Positions 7,988-18,224 of a stretch of DNA of 19,821 bases are shown piece by piece. The stretch is taken from contig JBDZWC010000046.1 in the NCBI GenBank assembly GCA_040256005.1, positions 1 through 19,821 on the forward strand. The letters are read 5' to 3'. Within the stretch, counting starts at the first letter, position 1. Every line of letters begins with the position of its first letter. The notes under the pieces are model-generated. The model searched no databases and was not told where the DNA came from. It saw only the letters and a list, made by a program, of their open reading frames with translations. Source of the DNA: Deinococcaceae bacterium (lineage in GTDB: Bacteria; Deinococcota; Deinococci; Deinococcales; Trueperaceae). The position numbers were made by a program, and so were the translations under genes.

Positions 7988-8710
7988 GTGCGCCTCATCG
8001 TCATCCGCATCGCCCTGTTGGCGTTGGCTGCTCTCCTGACGGCAGGCCTGTACAGCGTTCTCAGCGGCGAATCGTTCTCGCTGGCAGTGACGCCGCAACT
8101 ATCCGCTCTCTACTTCATCCCGGTGAACATCCTCTGTCTCTGGCTGTTGGCGCGATACGGACGCGCGCGATCGCTGTTGGGCGATCGGCCGTTCCTACGA
8201 TGGTCCGACTTCGGCTACGGCTTGCTGTGGCTGTTCGCGCTCTTCGTGCCCTTCGCGGTGGCGATCAACATGGTCGTCCTGCTGTTGTTCGGTGCCGGCG
8301 GGTACGTTGCCGGGTTCGAGACGATCTTCGTCCCAGCAGCCGCGGGCGAGATCCAACTGTCTGCAGCCGCTTCCCTCGCCCTCGCGGTGGTAGTGGCCAT
8401 ACTGTTCCCGATCACCAACGCGCCCGCGGAGGAGCTCGTCTACCGCGGCGTAGCGCAGGGAGACCTGGCGCAACGTGGTCTGTCGCCGGCGCTCGTGGTA
8501 CTGGTGCCGGCCCTCCTGTTCGGTATCCAGCACGTCTTCCTGGCTCCCACCGCCGCGGCCGTCCTCGTCTACGTGGTCGCGTTCACGATGTGGGGCGCCT
8601 TCGCGGGGCTCATCTACCTGCGCCAGCGACGCCTCATGCCGCTGATCGTGGCGCACTTCTTCACCAACCTGATGACCTCGTCCGTGCCGCTCTTCCTGCT
8701 TCTAGGTTAG
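7988..8710 (+). CDS. CPBP family (CAAX/Abi) intramembrane glutamic metalloprotease
   Basis: Multiple TM segments with EELVYRG (EExxxR), LFGIQH (FxxxH) and LIVAHFFTN (HxxxN). TAGGGT lies 5 nt before the GTG. Confidence 0.9.
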   Translation: MRLIVIRIALLALAALLTAGLYSVLSGESFSLAVTPQLSALYFIPVNILCLWLLARYGRARSLLGDRPFLRWSDFGYGLLWLFALFVPFAVAINMVVLLLFGAGGYVAGFETIFVPAAAGEIQLSAAASLALAVVVAILFPITNAPAEELVYRGVAQGDLAQRGLSPALVVLVPALLFGIQHVFLAPTAAAVLVYVVAFTMWGAFAGLIYLRQRRLMPLIVAHFFTNLMTSSVPLFLLLG

Positions 8711-8772
8711 GGATCGAATCGCAGTCGCACATTGGCTCCTCACCCCTGCCTAGCTCGTCACGAGCACAGTTG

Positions 8773-10209
8773 CTACCCGTCCCACGGCGAGTGGAACAGC
8801 TCGCCCGGCTCCGCGTCCAACCGCTCGTAGCCGTGCGCCCCGAAGCGGTCCCGGAGCGCCTGGATGAGGTTCGCCGGCAGGCGCTTGGTCCGGTAGCCGT
8901 CGTAGAAGGCGAGCGCGGCGGTCGTGGCGGGCATAGGTATGCCGGAGCCGACGGCCCGCGTCACGGTGCGACGCCAGCCCGCCTGACATGACGCCAGCTC
9001 GCGGGCGAAGAACGGCACTGTGAGGAGGTTCGGGAGTCCCGGATCGGCCTCGAAAGAGGACCGGATGTCGGCGAGGAAACGCGACCTGATGATGCACCCA
9101 CCCCGCCAGGTCTGGGCGACAGCGGCCAGGTCGAGGGGCCAGTCGAGCTGACGCGCAGCCGCCGCCATCAGCAGGAACCCTTGGGCGTACGAGACGACCT
9201 TCGAGGCGTACAGAGCCTCCTCGAGGTCAGCCAATTGGCCTTGGCGGTCGAACGAACCTCCGGCCGATCCCGGCCCGCGAAGTACATCGGCCGCGGTCCC
9301 TCGCTCCTCTCTGTGCTCGGAGAGCGACCTGGCGAACACCGCCTCGGCGACGAGGGTGAGGGGAACGCCCCGGTCCAGGGCGTCGGCGACCGCCCATCGT
9401 CCCGTGCCTTTCTGGCGAGCGATGTCGACCACCTTCTCGACAAGTGGGGCCCCGTCGTCGTCGGTGGTCCTGAGCACCTGCGCGGTGATCTCGATCAGGA
9501 ACGAGTCGAGCCGACCACGGTCCCACTCCGCGAACACCTCAGCGGTTTCGTGTACCCGCATCCCGAGCACCGAGCGCATGTAGTGGTAGGCCTCCGCGAT
9601 GAGCTGCATGTCGCCGTACTCGATGCCGTTGTGGACCATCTTCACGTAGTGGCCGGCGCCGGCCGGCCCGACCCACTCGCAGCAGGGCTCGCCGTCCACC
9701 TTCGCCGCGATGTCCTGCAGCAGCTCCCTGACGAGCGGCCAAGCTTCCGGGTTTCCTCCCGGCATGATCGAGGACCCGTGCCGCGCGCCGCGCTCGCCGC
9801 CGGACACGCCGGCGCCGACGTAGTAGACGCTGCGTGCGGACGCCTCCGTCTCGCGCCGAGCAGTGTCTTTGTAATGCGAGTTGCCACCATCGATGACGAC
9901 GTCGCCGGGTTGGAGGTGGGGGAGGAGGTCGTGCAAGACGGCATCGACCGGGTCGCCTGCCGGCACCATCACCATGACCTTGCGCGGCCTGGACAGCGAG
10001 GCCGTCATCGTCGCCAGGTCTTCGAACACCGTGATGCCCCCCTCCTGGGCGACACCACCGGCGAAGCTCTGCCGAGCGTCTGGTAGCGCGTCGGTCGCCG
10101 CCACCGTGTAGCCGTGGTCCCTCAGGTTGAGGGCCAAGTTGCGGCCCATCACGCCCAGGCCGATCATCGCCACGTTGAACGCTGTCGCAATGTGGTCCGA
10201 CTCAGCCAC
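8773..10209 (-). CDS. gndA: NADP-dependent 6-phosphogluconate dehydrogenase (decarboxylating, long form)
   Basis: IGLGVMGRNLALN, VMVPAG, IDGGNS, GVSGGE.GARHG, GAGHYVKMVHNGIEYGDMQLIAE, QKGTGRW, WRGGCIIRS, PANLIQALRD.FGAH. TACCCT (10216-10221) lies 6 nt before the GTG. Confidence 0.97.
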   Translation of the reverse strand: MAESDHIATAFNVAMIGLGVMGRNLALNLRDHGYTVAATDALPDARQSFAGGVAQEGGITVFEDLATMTASLSRPRKVMVMVPAGDPVDAVLHDLLPHLQPGDVVIDGGNSHYKDTARRETEASARSVYYVGAGVSGGERGARHGSSIMPGGNPEAWPLVRELLQDIAAKVDGEPCCEWVGPAGAGHYVKMVHNGIEYGDMQLIAEAYHYMRSVLGMRVHETAEVFAEWDRGRLDSFLIEITAQVLRTTDDDGAPLVEKVVDIARQKGTGRWAVADALDRGVPLTLVAEAVFARSLSEHREERGTAADVLRGPGSAGGSFDRQGQLADLEEALYASKVVSYAQGFLLMAAAARQLDWPLDLAAVAQTWRGGCIIRSRFLADIRSSFEADPGLPNLLTVPFFARELASCQAGWRRTVTRAVGSGIPMPATTAALAFYDGYRTKRLPANLIQALRDRFGAHGYERLDAEPGELFHSPWDG

Positions 10210-10305
10210 CGTTCAAGGGTAAGCGCCCGGCGTGAGCCGTGCGCCAGTGCGAAGGCGGGCAGCGGCGTGTCTACCGGCCGTGTGCGCTCACCCCAGCCCC
10301 ATTGA

Positions 10306-11112
10306 CTACCCGGCGCGTCCCCTCACAGCCCAGGCGTTGGCCATGAAGCGCAACGACCCGTCCGGCTGGAACGGGAGCCGCTCCAGCAGGGCCGCCCTCA
10401 AGCGCTCGCGGCTGGCATCGTGGAGGTCGGCGCAGTACTTGGGCGCCGGGCCGGTGCCGAGCGTGAACGGTGTCCAGTAGTCGTCGAAGTCCTCGAACAC
10501 GGTCTCAGCCTCTAGATGTTCCGCTTCCACGTTCTGCCACCCGCCCGCACGGGCGAGGCGAGTGAGCCCCTCCTCGGTGCAGAAGGCGTAGCGGGTCTCC
10601 TGGTTGAGCTCGAGGGCGGCTGGATCGAGCTCGCAAGCGACTTCCCAGAACGCGCGCTGGAAGCCGATGCCGCGGCCCGGGTAGTCCCAGACGTAGAAGG
10701 CGACCCTGCTGCCCGGACGAGCCGCCCGGGACATCTGATTCAGGGCGCGGGGCCTGTCGGGCACGAAGTTCAGCATCAGACCTGAGACCACGACGTCGAA
10801 GCTATCGTCGTCCACGGGTAGGTCCTGGGCGTCGCCGCTCATGAAGCGTGCCCTGGGATCGGGAACGTTGCGCTCCGCCAGCTTGACGAAGGCCGGCGCG
10901 AAGTCGATGCCCAGCAAGCTGCGAGGGTCGCGGTCCCGCACGATCGCAGCCGACAGTGCGCCGGTGCCGCACCCCACGTCGAGCCACTCCTCGCCACCGG
11001 GCTCGTCCAGCCAGCTCAGGAAGAGCGGGGCCACCTTCCGGCTCCAGCGGCCCATGTAGCGGTCGTAGTTCTCGGCGGAGCGCCACATGTCGCGCTTGGA
11101 GGAGTCGGTCAT
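10306..11112 (-). CDS. class I SAM-dependent methyltransferase
   Basis: YDRYMGRWS, motif I WLDVGCGTG, GDAQDLP..DDSFDVVVSGLMLNFVPD, PG..VAFYVWDY. Confidence 0.92.
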   Translation of the reverse strand: MTDSSKRDMWRSAENYDRYMGRWSRKVAPLFLSWLDEPGGEEWLDVGCGTGALSAAIVRDRDPRSLLGIDFAPAFVKLAERNVPDPRARFMSGDAQDLPVDDDSFDVVVSGLMLNFVPDRPRALNQMSRAARPGSRVAFYVWDYPGRGIGFQRAFWEVACELDPAALELNQETRYAFCTEEGLTRLARAGGWQNVEAEHLEAETVFEDFDDYWTPFTLGTGPAPKYCADLHDASRERLRAALLERLPFQPDGSLRFMANAWAVRGRAG

Positions 11113-11120
11113 GGCGCACG

Positions 11121-11127
11121 TATCCTA
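11121..11127. promoter_or_regulatory. overlapping bidirectional -10 boxes in a 21-bp divergent gap
   Basis: TATCCT (+, 11121-11126) is 7 nt before GTG 11134. TAGGAT (-, 11122-11127) is 9 nt before ATG 11112. Confidence 0.5.
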
Positions 11128-11133
11128 GGGCCA

Positions 11134-11958
11134 GTGGACGGGTTCGTCGATCTCTTCCTTCGTGTCTCGGGTCCGAACCCGATCGCCCAGGGCATCGTCG
11201 GTGGTCTCTTCATCGCGCTCATGAACCTCCTCGGCGCCGTCCTGATCGGCATCTGGCGACGGCCCAGCCAGCGCAACCTGGACGCGGCCCTGGGGTTCGC
11301 GGCGGGCGTCATGCTGACCGCGTCCTTCACCAGCCTGATACTGCCCGGCATCGAGTTCGGCGGACTGCTTCCCGTGGTGGCGGGTATCGCCCTCGGCGTG
11401 GTCGTCCTGGACCGCGCGGATGCATGGGTCCCGCACGTCCACGTGCTGGTCACCGGCAGACTGCGCAGTGACGCAGCCCAGGAGGCGGGCACGTCCGAGT
11501 TCGCTCGCGGTCGGCTCTCCTCGGTGCTGCTGTTCATCGTCGCGATCACGCTGCACAACGTGCCGGAGGGGTTGGCGGTGGGCGTGGGATTCGGGGCTGG
11601 ACGCATCACCGACGCTCTGGCGCTGATGCTGGCGATCGGCATCCAGAACGTGCCGGAGGGTCTCGCCGTTGCCGTGGCGGCCCGCAACGCCGGCATGGGC
11701 GGCCGCAGCTTCGCGACCCTCACCGGCATCAGAGCCGGGGCGTTCGAACTTCCCGCGGCGGTGTTCGGGGCGTGGCTGGTCTCGGCCGTCGAGCCGCTGT
11801 TGCCCTACGCGATGGGCTTCGCCGCCGGGGCCATGCTGTACGTGATCCTTGACGAGATCGTTCCCGAGACCCATACCCGAGGTCATGAACGCTCAGCCAC
11901 CTTGGGTACCATGGTCGGAGTGGTCGTGATGCTGGTGCTGGACGTCGCTCTGGGCTGA
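11134..11958 (+). CDS. ZIP family (GufA/ZupT-like) divalent metal transporter
   Basis: [52 protein letters not shown]. About 8 TM segments. Confidence 0.93.
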   Translation: MDGFVDLFLRVSGPNPIAQGIVGGLFIALMNLLGAVLIGIWRRPSQRNLDAALGFAAGVMLTASFTSLILPGIEFGGLLPVVAGIALGVVVLDRADAWVPHVHVLVTGRLRSDAAQEAGTSEFARGRLSSVLLFIVAITLHNVPEGLAVGVGFGAGRITDALALMLAIGIQNVPEGLAVAVAARNAGMGGRSFATLTGIRAGAFELPAAVFGAWLVSAVEPLLPYAMGFAAGAMLYVILDEIVPETHTRGHERSATLGTMVGVVVMLVLDVALG

Positions 11959-12031
11959 AGACAGAAGCGTCGCCGGTGCTCCGAGCCGGAACCGCCGAGG
12001 CGCGCCGCGCCGCTTGCCAGGAGGTCTGAAC

Positions 12032-13090
12032 GTGAACACCGAGATCCGCGAGATGTTGGGTGAGAAGGCCCAAGACCTGCTGACGTACGAGGCGCGGGGC
12101 ATCGCGCGGGAGCGCCTGCACGTCCCCGGCCCCGACTTCGTCGACCGCGTCTACGCGCACAGCGACAGGAACCCGCGCGTGCTGCGCAGCCTGCAGACGA
12201 TGTTCGACCACGGCAGGCTGGGCGGTACCGGTTACCTCTCGATCCTGCCTGTCGACCAGGGCGTGGAGCACTCTGGTGGCGCCTCGTTCGCGCCCAACCC
12301 GGACTACTTCGACCCCGCCAAGATCGTGGAGCTGGCCATCGAGGGTGGCTGCAACGCGGTGGCATCGACGTTCGGGGTGCTGGGGATGGTCGCGCGCAAG
12401 TACGCCCACAGGATCCCGTTCATCGTGAAGATCAACCACAACCAGCTCATGACCTACCCGACCGCCTACGAGCAGGTGCTTTTCGGGACCGTGGACGAGG
12501 CCTACGACATGGGCGCGGTCGCAGTAGGGGCGACGATCTACTTCGGGCACCCGGATTCCAACCGACAGATCGTGGAGATCGCCGAGGCGTTCGCCCACGC
12601 ACACGAACTGGGCATGGCGACGATCCTGTGGTGCTACACGCGCAACGACGCGTTCAAGGTCGATGGCAAGGATTACCACGCGGCTGCTGACCTCACCGGC
12701 CAGGCGAACCACCTGGGCGTCACGATCCAGGCGGACATCGTCAAGCAGAAGCTGCCCGACTCCAACCACGGCTTCAAGGCCGTGGGGTTCGGCCGCACTC
12801 ACAAGCGCATGTACGAAGAGCTCATGCCGGACGACCATCCCATCGAGCTGGTGCGCTGGCAGGTCGCCAACTCCTACATGGGTCGCGCGGGGCTGATCAA
12901 CTCGGGTGGAGCGTCGGGTGGCGCCAACGACTACGAGGAGGCCGTTCTCACGGCGGTCCTGAACAAGCGCGGCGGCGGCACGGGGCTCATCTCGGGCCGC
13001 AAAGCCTTCCAGCGGCCGATGAGCGAGGGGGTTAGGCTCCTCAATTTGATCCAGGACGTCTACCTGGACGAGAGCATCACCGTCGCCTGA
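12032..13090 (+). CDS. fbaB: class I fructose-bisphosphate aldolase (FbaB/DhnA type)
   Basis: [42 protein letters not shown] (Schiff-base Lys), [25 protein letters not shown] at 12019-12024 before GTG 12032. Confidence 0.96.
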   Translation: MNTEIREMLGEKAQDLLTYEARGIARERLHVPGPDFVDRVYAHSDRNPRVLRSLQTMFDHGRLGGTGYLSILPVDQGVEHSGGASFAPNPDYFDPAKIVELAIEGGCNAVASTFGVLGMVARKYAHRIPFIVKINHNQLMTYPTAYEQVLFGTVDEAYDMGAVAVGATIYFGHPDSNRQIVEIAEAFAHAHELGMATILWCYTRNDAFKVDGKDYHAAADLTGQANHLGVTIQADIVKQKLPDSNHGFKAVGFGRTHKRMYEELMPDDHPIELVRWQVANSYMGRAGLINSGGASGGANDYEEAVLTAVLNKRGGGTGLISGRKAFQRPMSEGVRLLNLIQDVYLDESITVA

Positions 13091-14880
13091 GGGCCAAGGC
13101 CCTGCGCCTCGGCTAGCCTGCGGAAGGCTCCGGCCTCTTTGGCCATGAGCTCTTCCCAGGTGCCGGACTCGACGAACCGGCCGCCCTCCATCACATGGAT
13201 GACGTCGGCCTCGCGCACCGTGGACAGCCGGTGTGCGATCACCACCAGGGTCACGTGACCGTGCAACGATCGGATTGCTTGCTGCACCCGCTCCTCGTTG
13301 GCGGCGTCAAGGTTGCTGGTGGCCTCGTCCAACACCAGCAGGTCGGGCCGGCGCAGCAGCGCCCGGGCGAGCGCCAGACGCTGACGCTCGCCGCCGGAGA
13401 GCTTGGCTCCTCTGTCACCCACGACGGTGTCGAGCCCCTCTGGCAGGTCCCGCACGAACCCGGCGGATGCCAGGTCGATCGCGCGCCACAGGTTGGCGAG
13501 GTCGGCCGACGGCTCCGCCACGAGCAGGTTCGCTTTCACCGTGTCGTGGAACAGGAACACGTCCTGGGCGACGTACGCCACCCGCCTGCGCCACGCTCTC
13601 CGCTGGCGAGGAGCGAGCGGCACGCCGTCCAGCAACATGGTGCCGTCGTTGGGCTCGAGCAGTCCGATGAGCAGGTCGGCGAGCGTGCTCTTGCCGCCGC
13701 CGGACGGACCCACGATCGCCGTGGTGCGCCCCGCCGGCACGACGAGGTCGAGACCGCTCAGGACGGGCAGGTCCTCCTGACCCTCGTAGCGGAAGTGGAC
13801 CCCACGGAGCTCGATCGACTCCGTCACCGCGGGCAGCTGTTCAGCGGCGGCCACAGGCTCGCGCTCCCGCTCCAGCTCCGCGAGGGCCTTCTCCGTGTTG
13901 TCGAGGGCAGGCAACTGGCTCACGAGCCCCTGGAAGCTCCGCTGTAGGCCGATAAGCATGGGCACGAGGCGGGCGAACAGGTAGAGGAGGGTCAGTAGGG
14001 CGGCGGGGGTGATGCTCTCGAGGCTCAGCGCGACGTAGACGATCGCCGAGAGGGCGACGGCCGACCCCACCTGCAGCGCGAAGCCGACCCCGGCCTGCTG
14101 CCTGGCCAGCCCGACCATGGCGTCGGCCGTGGCTGCGGACCGACTGGAGAAGCGGTCCACGCTCTCGGGCTCCAGCCCATGCGCCTTGACCGTCTTGAGC
14201 CCGCTCAGCTGGTCGCCGACGACACCGTAAAGGTCGCGGTAGGCGTCGGAGACGGCCTTGCCTCTGACCTTGGTGCGCTTGGACAGCGGGGCGGTAGCGG
14301 CTATCAGCAGCGCTCCGGCCGCCAGGACGATGAGCGTGAGCAGCGGCGATAGGTACACGGCCACGGCCAGGTGGATCAGGGCCAACAGCGCACGCGAGAC
14401 GAGGGAGACCAGGCCGGAGGCCGCCGCGCCCACGCGTTCGATCTCGTTGAGCAGCAGGTGCGAGTGGTCCGTTGACCTCTTGCCCACGAGGTGCCGCCAG
14501 TTGGCGCTGGCCAGTGCGTCGTACACGCGGACCCGCAGGTCGGTCACGAACCGCTGGTAGTAGCGCTGCTCGATGACCGACTGAGCCCGTTGCAGGGCGG
14601 CGGTGAAAGTCAGGACGAGGGCGTTGATGGTCAGTAGGGCCGCCGCGGTTGGCTGGAGCCCCACCGCGTCGAACGCCCGCGAGACCGCGCTCACCAACGC
14701 GGCCGTGGTGCCCCCCGCCGCGTCGACGCCCACGAGGGACAACAGCGGCACCAGCAGGACCAGGCTGGCGCCCGCGGTGACACTGGTCGCTACCGCCAGG
14801 ACGAGCAAGACGATCAGCCGCGAGCCCAGAGAGTCGCGCAGCAAGCGCGCGATGCGGCCGAGAGCCCTGATGTCGCCCAT
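13060..14880 (-). CDS. ABC exporter, fused permease + ATP-binding domain
   Basis: N-terminal TM domain, Walker [10 protein letters not shown]-loop YVAQD, signature LSGGERQR, Walker [11 protein letters not shown]-loop IAHR. TATACT (14887-14892) lies 6 nt before the ATG. The 3' end overlaps fbaB by 31 nt. Confidence 0.93.
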   Translation of the reverse strand: MGDIRALGRIARLLRDSLGSRLIVLLVLAVATSVTAGASLVLLVPLLSLVGVDAAGGTTAALVSAVSRAFDAVGLQPTAAALLTINALVLTFTAALQRAQSVIEQRYYQRFVTDLRVRVYDALASANWRHLVGKRSTDHSHLLLNEIERVGAAASGLVSLVSRALLALIHLAVAVYLSPLLTLIVLAAGALLIAATAPLSKRTKVRGKAVSDAYRDLYGVVGDQLSGLKTVKAHGLEPESVDRFSSRSAATADAMVGLARQQAGVGFALQVGSAVALSAIVYVALSLESITPAALLTLLYLFARLVPMLIGLQRSFQGLVSQLPALDNTEKALAELEREREPVAAAEQLPAVTESIELRGVHFRYEGQEDLPVLSGLDLVVPAGRTTAIVGPSGGGKSTLADLLIGLLEPNDGTMLLDGVPLAPRQRRAWRRRVAYVAQDVFLFHDTVKANLLVAEPSADLANLWRAIDLASAGFVRDLPEGLDTVVGDRGAKLSGGERQRLALARALLRRPDLLVLDEATSNLDAANEERVQQAIRSLHGHVTLVVIAHRLSTVREADVIHVMEGGRFVESGTWEELMAKEAGAFRRLAEAQGLGPQATVMLSSR

Positions 14881-14939
14881 CGCGGAAGTATAGGACGCTA
14901 TCTACGGCGTTCCCGGCGCACCCGCACCACGTACGCTGT

Positions 14940-15764
14940 TCAGCGGTGGCGCTCCAGGTTGGCCCGCTGCAGCACCTGGGACGCGAGCTCCTCGACGCTG
15001 ACGTTGGTTGACTCCAGTAAGGGCACGTTGTTGCGGCGGAAGAGCCGTTCCGCGCGGTTCACCTCGAACTCGCAGCGTTCGAGAGACGCGTACCCGGTGC
15101 CGGGGCTGCGCTTGGTGCGCAGCTCGTGCAGGCGCCCTGGGTTGATGGTGAGCCCGAACAGCTTGTTGCGGTAGGGCAGGAGGGCCTTGGGCAGGGCGTC
15201 CGTCTCGAGGTCTTCCTCTACGAGCGGGAAGTTGGAAGCCCGCACGCCGTAGGTCATGGCCAGGTACAGGGAGGTGGGGCTCTTGCCAACGCGTGACACG
15301 CCGACCATCACGATGTCAGCGTTGTCGTACCGCTTCACGTTGGAGCCGTCGTCGGTGGCCAAAGCGAACTCGACCGCGTCGATGCGCGCCTGGTAGCGGG
15401 TCAGGTCGCGGATGCTGTGAGCGGCCCCGACGACGGGCGTGGCGGGTCTCTCCAGCACCTCCTCGAGGCGCGCTATGTACGGCTCGAAGAGGTCGAAGTG
15501 CACCCGCGCCGCCCCGGCCACTGCGTCCCGCACGGCCGGGTCCGTGATCGTCGTGAACACGATGGGTGGCTCCGGCAGTGCGGCGAACTCGGCGACGACC
15601 TCTTGCGCCTGCGCCACCGTGCTGACGAACGGTTTCGTGATGGTCTCCAGCCCGTTCTGATCGAAGCGAGCGAGCAGGCTCTGGCCGACCACCTCCGCCG
15701 TTACCCCCGTGTGGTCCGACACGAAGTACACGAACCTCTTCGGCTTGGTCTCCTCCTGTACCAC
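14940..15764 (-). CDS. ppsR: PEP synthase (pyruvate, water dikinase) regulatory kinase/pyrophosphorylase, DUF299/PSRP family
   Basis: YFVSDHTGVTAE, RIDAVEFAL..DDG, ADIVMVGVSRVGKSPTSLYLA, LFGLTI.P.RL..R, SVEELAS. SD GGAGGAG upstream. Divergent from ppsA. Confidence 0.95.
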   Translation of the reverse strand: MVQEETKPKRFVYFVSDHTGVTAEVVGQSLLARFDQNGLETITKPFVSTVAQAQEVVAEFAALPEPPIVFTTITDPAVRDAVAGAARVHFDLFEPYIARLEEVLERPATPVVGAAHSIRDLTRYQARIDAVEFALATDDGSNVKRYDNADIVMVGVSRVGKSPTSLYLAMTYGVRASNFPLVEEDLETDALPKALLPYRNKLFGLTINPGRLHELRTKRSPGTGYASLERCEFEVNRAERLFRRNNVPLLESTNVSVEELASQVLQRANLERHR

Positions 15765-15857
15765 GCGCTCCTCCTCGCCTCACGACAAGCTTAGTTCCCG
15801 CGCTAGCCTAGTCACATGCCGTTGGAGGCAAGAACGATCCCGAATTCGGAGGCGGGC

Positions 15858-18218
15858 GTGGACCTCGTGGTGGATTTCAGGTCTGTCGGTATGGGCGACG
15901 TGGCTCGCGTGGGCGGGAAGAACGCCTCTATCGGCGAGATGCTTGCGAACCTCTCTGCAGCGGGCGTGAGGGTGCCGGGGGGGTCCGCCCCCAGGGCAGC
16001 CGCGTACAGGTCCTTCCTGGCTCAAGACGGTCTGGCCGATCGCGTGCGCGAGCTGTTGTCGGACGTGGATGGCAACGATGTGGCTCTCCTCTCCGCGCGC
16101 GGCAGGCAGGTGCGTGAGCTGATCCTCGCCACCCCACTGCCGGACGACCTGCGCAGCCGGGTGAGGTCAGCCTACGAGGAGCTGGGACGCGAGGCCGGGG
16201 GAGAGGTGGCTGTGGCCGTGCGGTCCTCGGCAACGGCCGAGGACCTGCCCGAGGCGTCTTTCGCCGGGCAGCAGGAGACGTTCCTCAACGTCGTCGGCCT
16301 GCCCGCCGTCGAGGACGCGATCAGGAAGGTCTTCGCCTCCTTGTTCACCGACAGGGCGATCAGCTACCGGCTGCATCAGGGTTTCGCGCACGAGGAGGTC
16401 GCGCTGTCTGCCGGGGTCCAGCGCATGGCCAGGAGCGACATCGGCGCCTCTGGCGTGGCTTTCACCCTCGACACCGAGTCCGGCTTCACCGGCGCGGTGT
16501 TCGTCACCGCCGCGTACGGGTTGGGCGAGCTCCTCGTGCAAGGAGCCATCAACCCGGACGAGGTGTACCTCTACAAGAAGGCCCTCCGGGAAGGACGACC
16601 CGCGGTGCTGGCGAGGCAGCTGGGCTCGAAGTCGGAGAAGATGGTCTACGCCGCCGGCGGCGGGGTGGAGCGCGTGCCGGTGCCCGCGGCGGACAGGATG
16701 CGCTTCGCCCTCTCCGACGATGACCTGCACGAGCTGGGTCGCCAGGCGCTGGCGATCGAGGACCACTACGGGCGTCCCATGGACATCGAGTGGGTCAAGG
16801 ACGGGCAGGACGGTCACATCTACGTGGTCCAGGCCCGGCCCGAGACCGTCCAGAGCCGCTCGGGCCGCGTGTTGACGCGCTACCGCATGAGGGGCGGGGG
16901 CGAACCGTTGGTCGTCGGCCGTGCCGTCGGCTCGAAGGCAGCGACCGGCGTCGTTCGGGTCGTCGAACGTGCCAGCGAGATGCACCGCGTCCAGGAGGGC
17001 GATGTGCTGGTCACCGACATGACCGACCCCGATTGGGAGCCGGTCATGAAGCTGGCCGCCGCCATCGTGACCAACCGCGGCGGGCGCACGTGTCACGCCG
17101 CGATCATCGCTCGCGAGCTGGGCATCCCGGCGGTGGTCGGGACGGGTGACGGCACGGACGTCCTGGCGGACGGCGCCGAGGTCACCGTGAGCTGCGCCGA
17201 GGGCGACGAGGGCAAGGTCTACGAGGGCAGGCAGGAGTTCGACGTCCAGCAGATCGAGCTGGACGCCATGCCGGAGCTCCCGGTCAAGCTGATGATGAAC
17301 GTCGCGTCACCGGACCGCGCCTTCGCCTTCGCGGCGATCCCCAACCAGGGCGTGGGTCTGGCCAGACTCGAGTTCATCGTCAACAACGCCGTCGGCGTGC
17401 ATCCGAACGCGCTCCACGCCTGGCCGGACGTGACCGAGGAGGTCAAGCGGGAGATCGAGGTCCGAGCCGCCGGCTACGAGAGCCCGACGGCCTTCTACGA
17501 GGAGAAGCTCAAGGAGGGCATCGCGACGATCGCGGCGGCGTTCGACCCCAAGCCCGTGATCGTGCGGCTGTCAGACTTCAAGTCGAACGAGTACGCCCAT
17601 CTGATGGGCGGCCACGCCTACGAGCCCACCGAGGAGAACCCCATGATCGGCTTCAGGGGCGCGTCGCGCTACCGCTCGGAGCGCTTCGCCGGGCCGTTCG
17701 CGGCGGAGTGCCGAGCACTGAGGCGCGTCAGGGACGAGATGGGGCTGACGAACGTGGAGGTGATGATCCCGTTCGTCCGCACGGTCCCCGAGCTGCTGCT
17801 GGTCCTCGAGGTCATGGCGACGAACGGCTTGCGCCGCGGCGAGAACGGCCTGCGCGTGATCATGATGTGCGAGGTGCCGTCGAACGCGGTGCTGGCGGGC
17901 GACTTCTTGGAGCACGTTGACGGGTTCTCGATCGGCTCGAACGACCTTACCCAGTTCACGCTGGCGCTAGACCGCGACTCCGGCCTGGTGGCGGACCTGT
18001 TCGACGAGCGGGACCCGGCGGTCAAGGCGCTGGCTTCCCAGGCGATCCGTGCCTGCCAGGAGCGTGGCAAGTACATCGGCATCTGCGGCCAAGGGCCGTC
18101 CGACCACCCGGATTACGCGCAGTGGCTGGTGGAAGAGGGCATCGACTCGATAAGCCTCAACCCGGACACCGTGCTGGAGACGTGGCTGTTCCTGGCGGGA
18201 GAGCGCCAGGCCGCTTGA
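15858..18218 (+). CDS. ppsA: phosphoenolpyruvate synthase (pyruvate, water dikinase); alternative start ATG 15816
   Basis: [68 protein letters not shown] (phospho-His), [36 protein letters not shown] at 15848-15852 precedes GTG 15858. Confidence 0.97.
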   Translation: MDLVVDFRSVGMGDVARVGGKNASIGEMLANLSAAGVRVPGGSAPRAAAYRSFLAQDGLADRVRELLSDVDGNDVALLSARGRQVRELILATPLPDDLRSRVRSAYEELGREAGGEVAVAVRSSATAEDLPEASFAGQQETFLNVVGLPAVEDAIRKVFASLFTDRAISYRLHQGFAHEEVALSAGVQRMARSDIGASGVAFTLDTESGFTGAVFVTAAYGLGELLVQGAINPDEVYLYKKALREGRPAVLARQLGSKSEKMVYAAGGGVERVPVPAADRMRFALSDDDLHELGRQALAIEDHYGRPMDIEWVKDGQDGHIYVVQARPETVQSRSGRVLTRYRMRGGGEPLVVGRAVGSKAATGVVRVVERASEMHRVQEGDVLVTDMTDPDWEPVMKLAAAIVTNRGGRTCHAAIIARELGIPAVVGTGDGTDVLADGAEVTVSCAEGDEGKVYEGRQEFDVQQIELDAMPELPVKLMMNVASPDRAFAFAAIPNQGVGLARLEFIVNNAVGVHPNALHAWPDVTEEVKREIEVRAAGYESPTAFYEEKLKEGIATIAAAFDPKPVIVRLSDFKSNEYAHLMGGHAYEPTEENPMIGFRGASRYRSERFAGPFAAECRALRRVRDEMGLTNVEVMIPFVRTVPELLLVLEVMATNGLRRGENGLRVIMMCEVPSNAVLAGDFLEHVDGFSIGSNDLTQFTLALDRDSGLVADLFDERDPAVKALASQAIRACQERGKYIGICGQGPSDHPDYAQWLVEEGIDSISLNPDTVLETWLFLAGERQAA

Positions 18219-18224
18219 GCCACA

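Noticed and set aside
7079..8765. Small hairpins CGAGTC-cc-GACTCG (7079-7092) and GCTCGT-c-ACGAGC (8753-8765) as terminators or REP elements
   Set aside because: Short stems, tiny loops, no U-tract and no shared consensus. Expected by chance at this GC content.
7615..8991. 458-aa alternative-frame ORF across the LOX, CPBP and gnd genes
   Set aside because: Arg/Gly/Pro-rich with no motifs and overlapping three supported genes, typical of stop-poor GC-rich frames.
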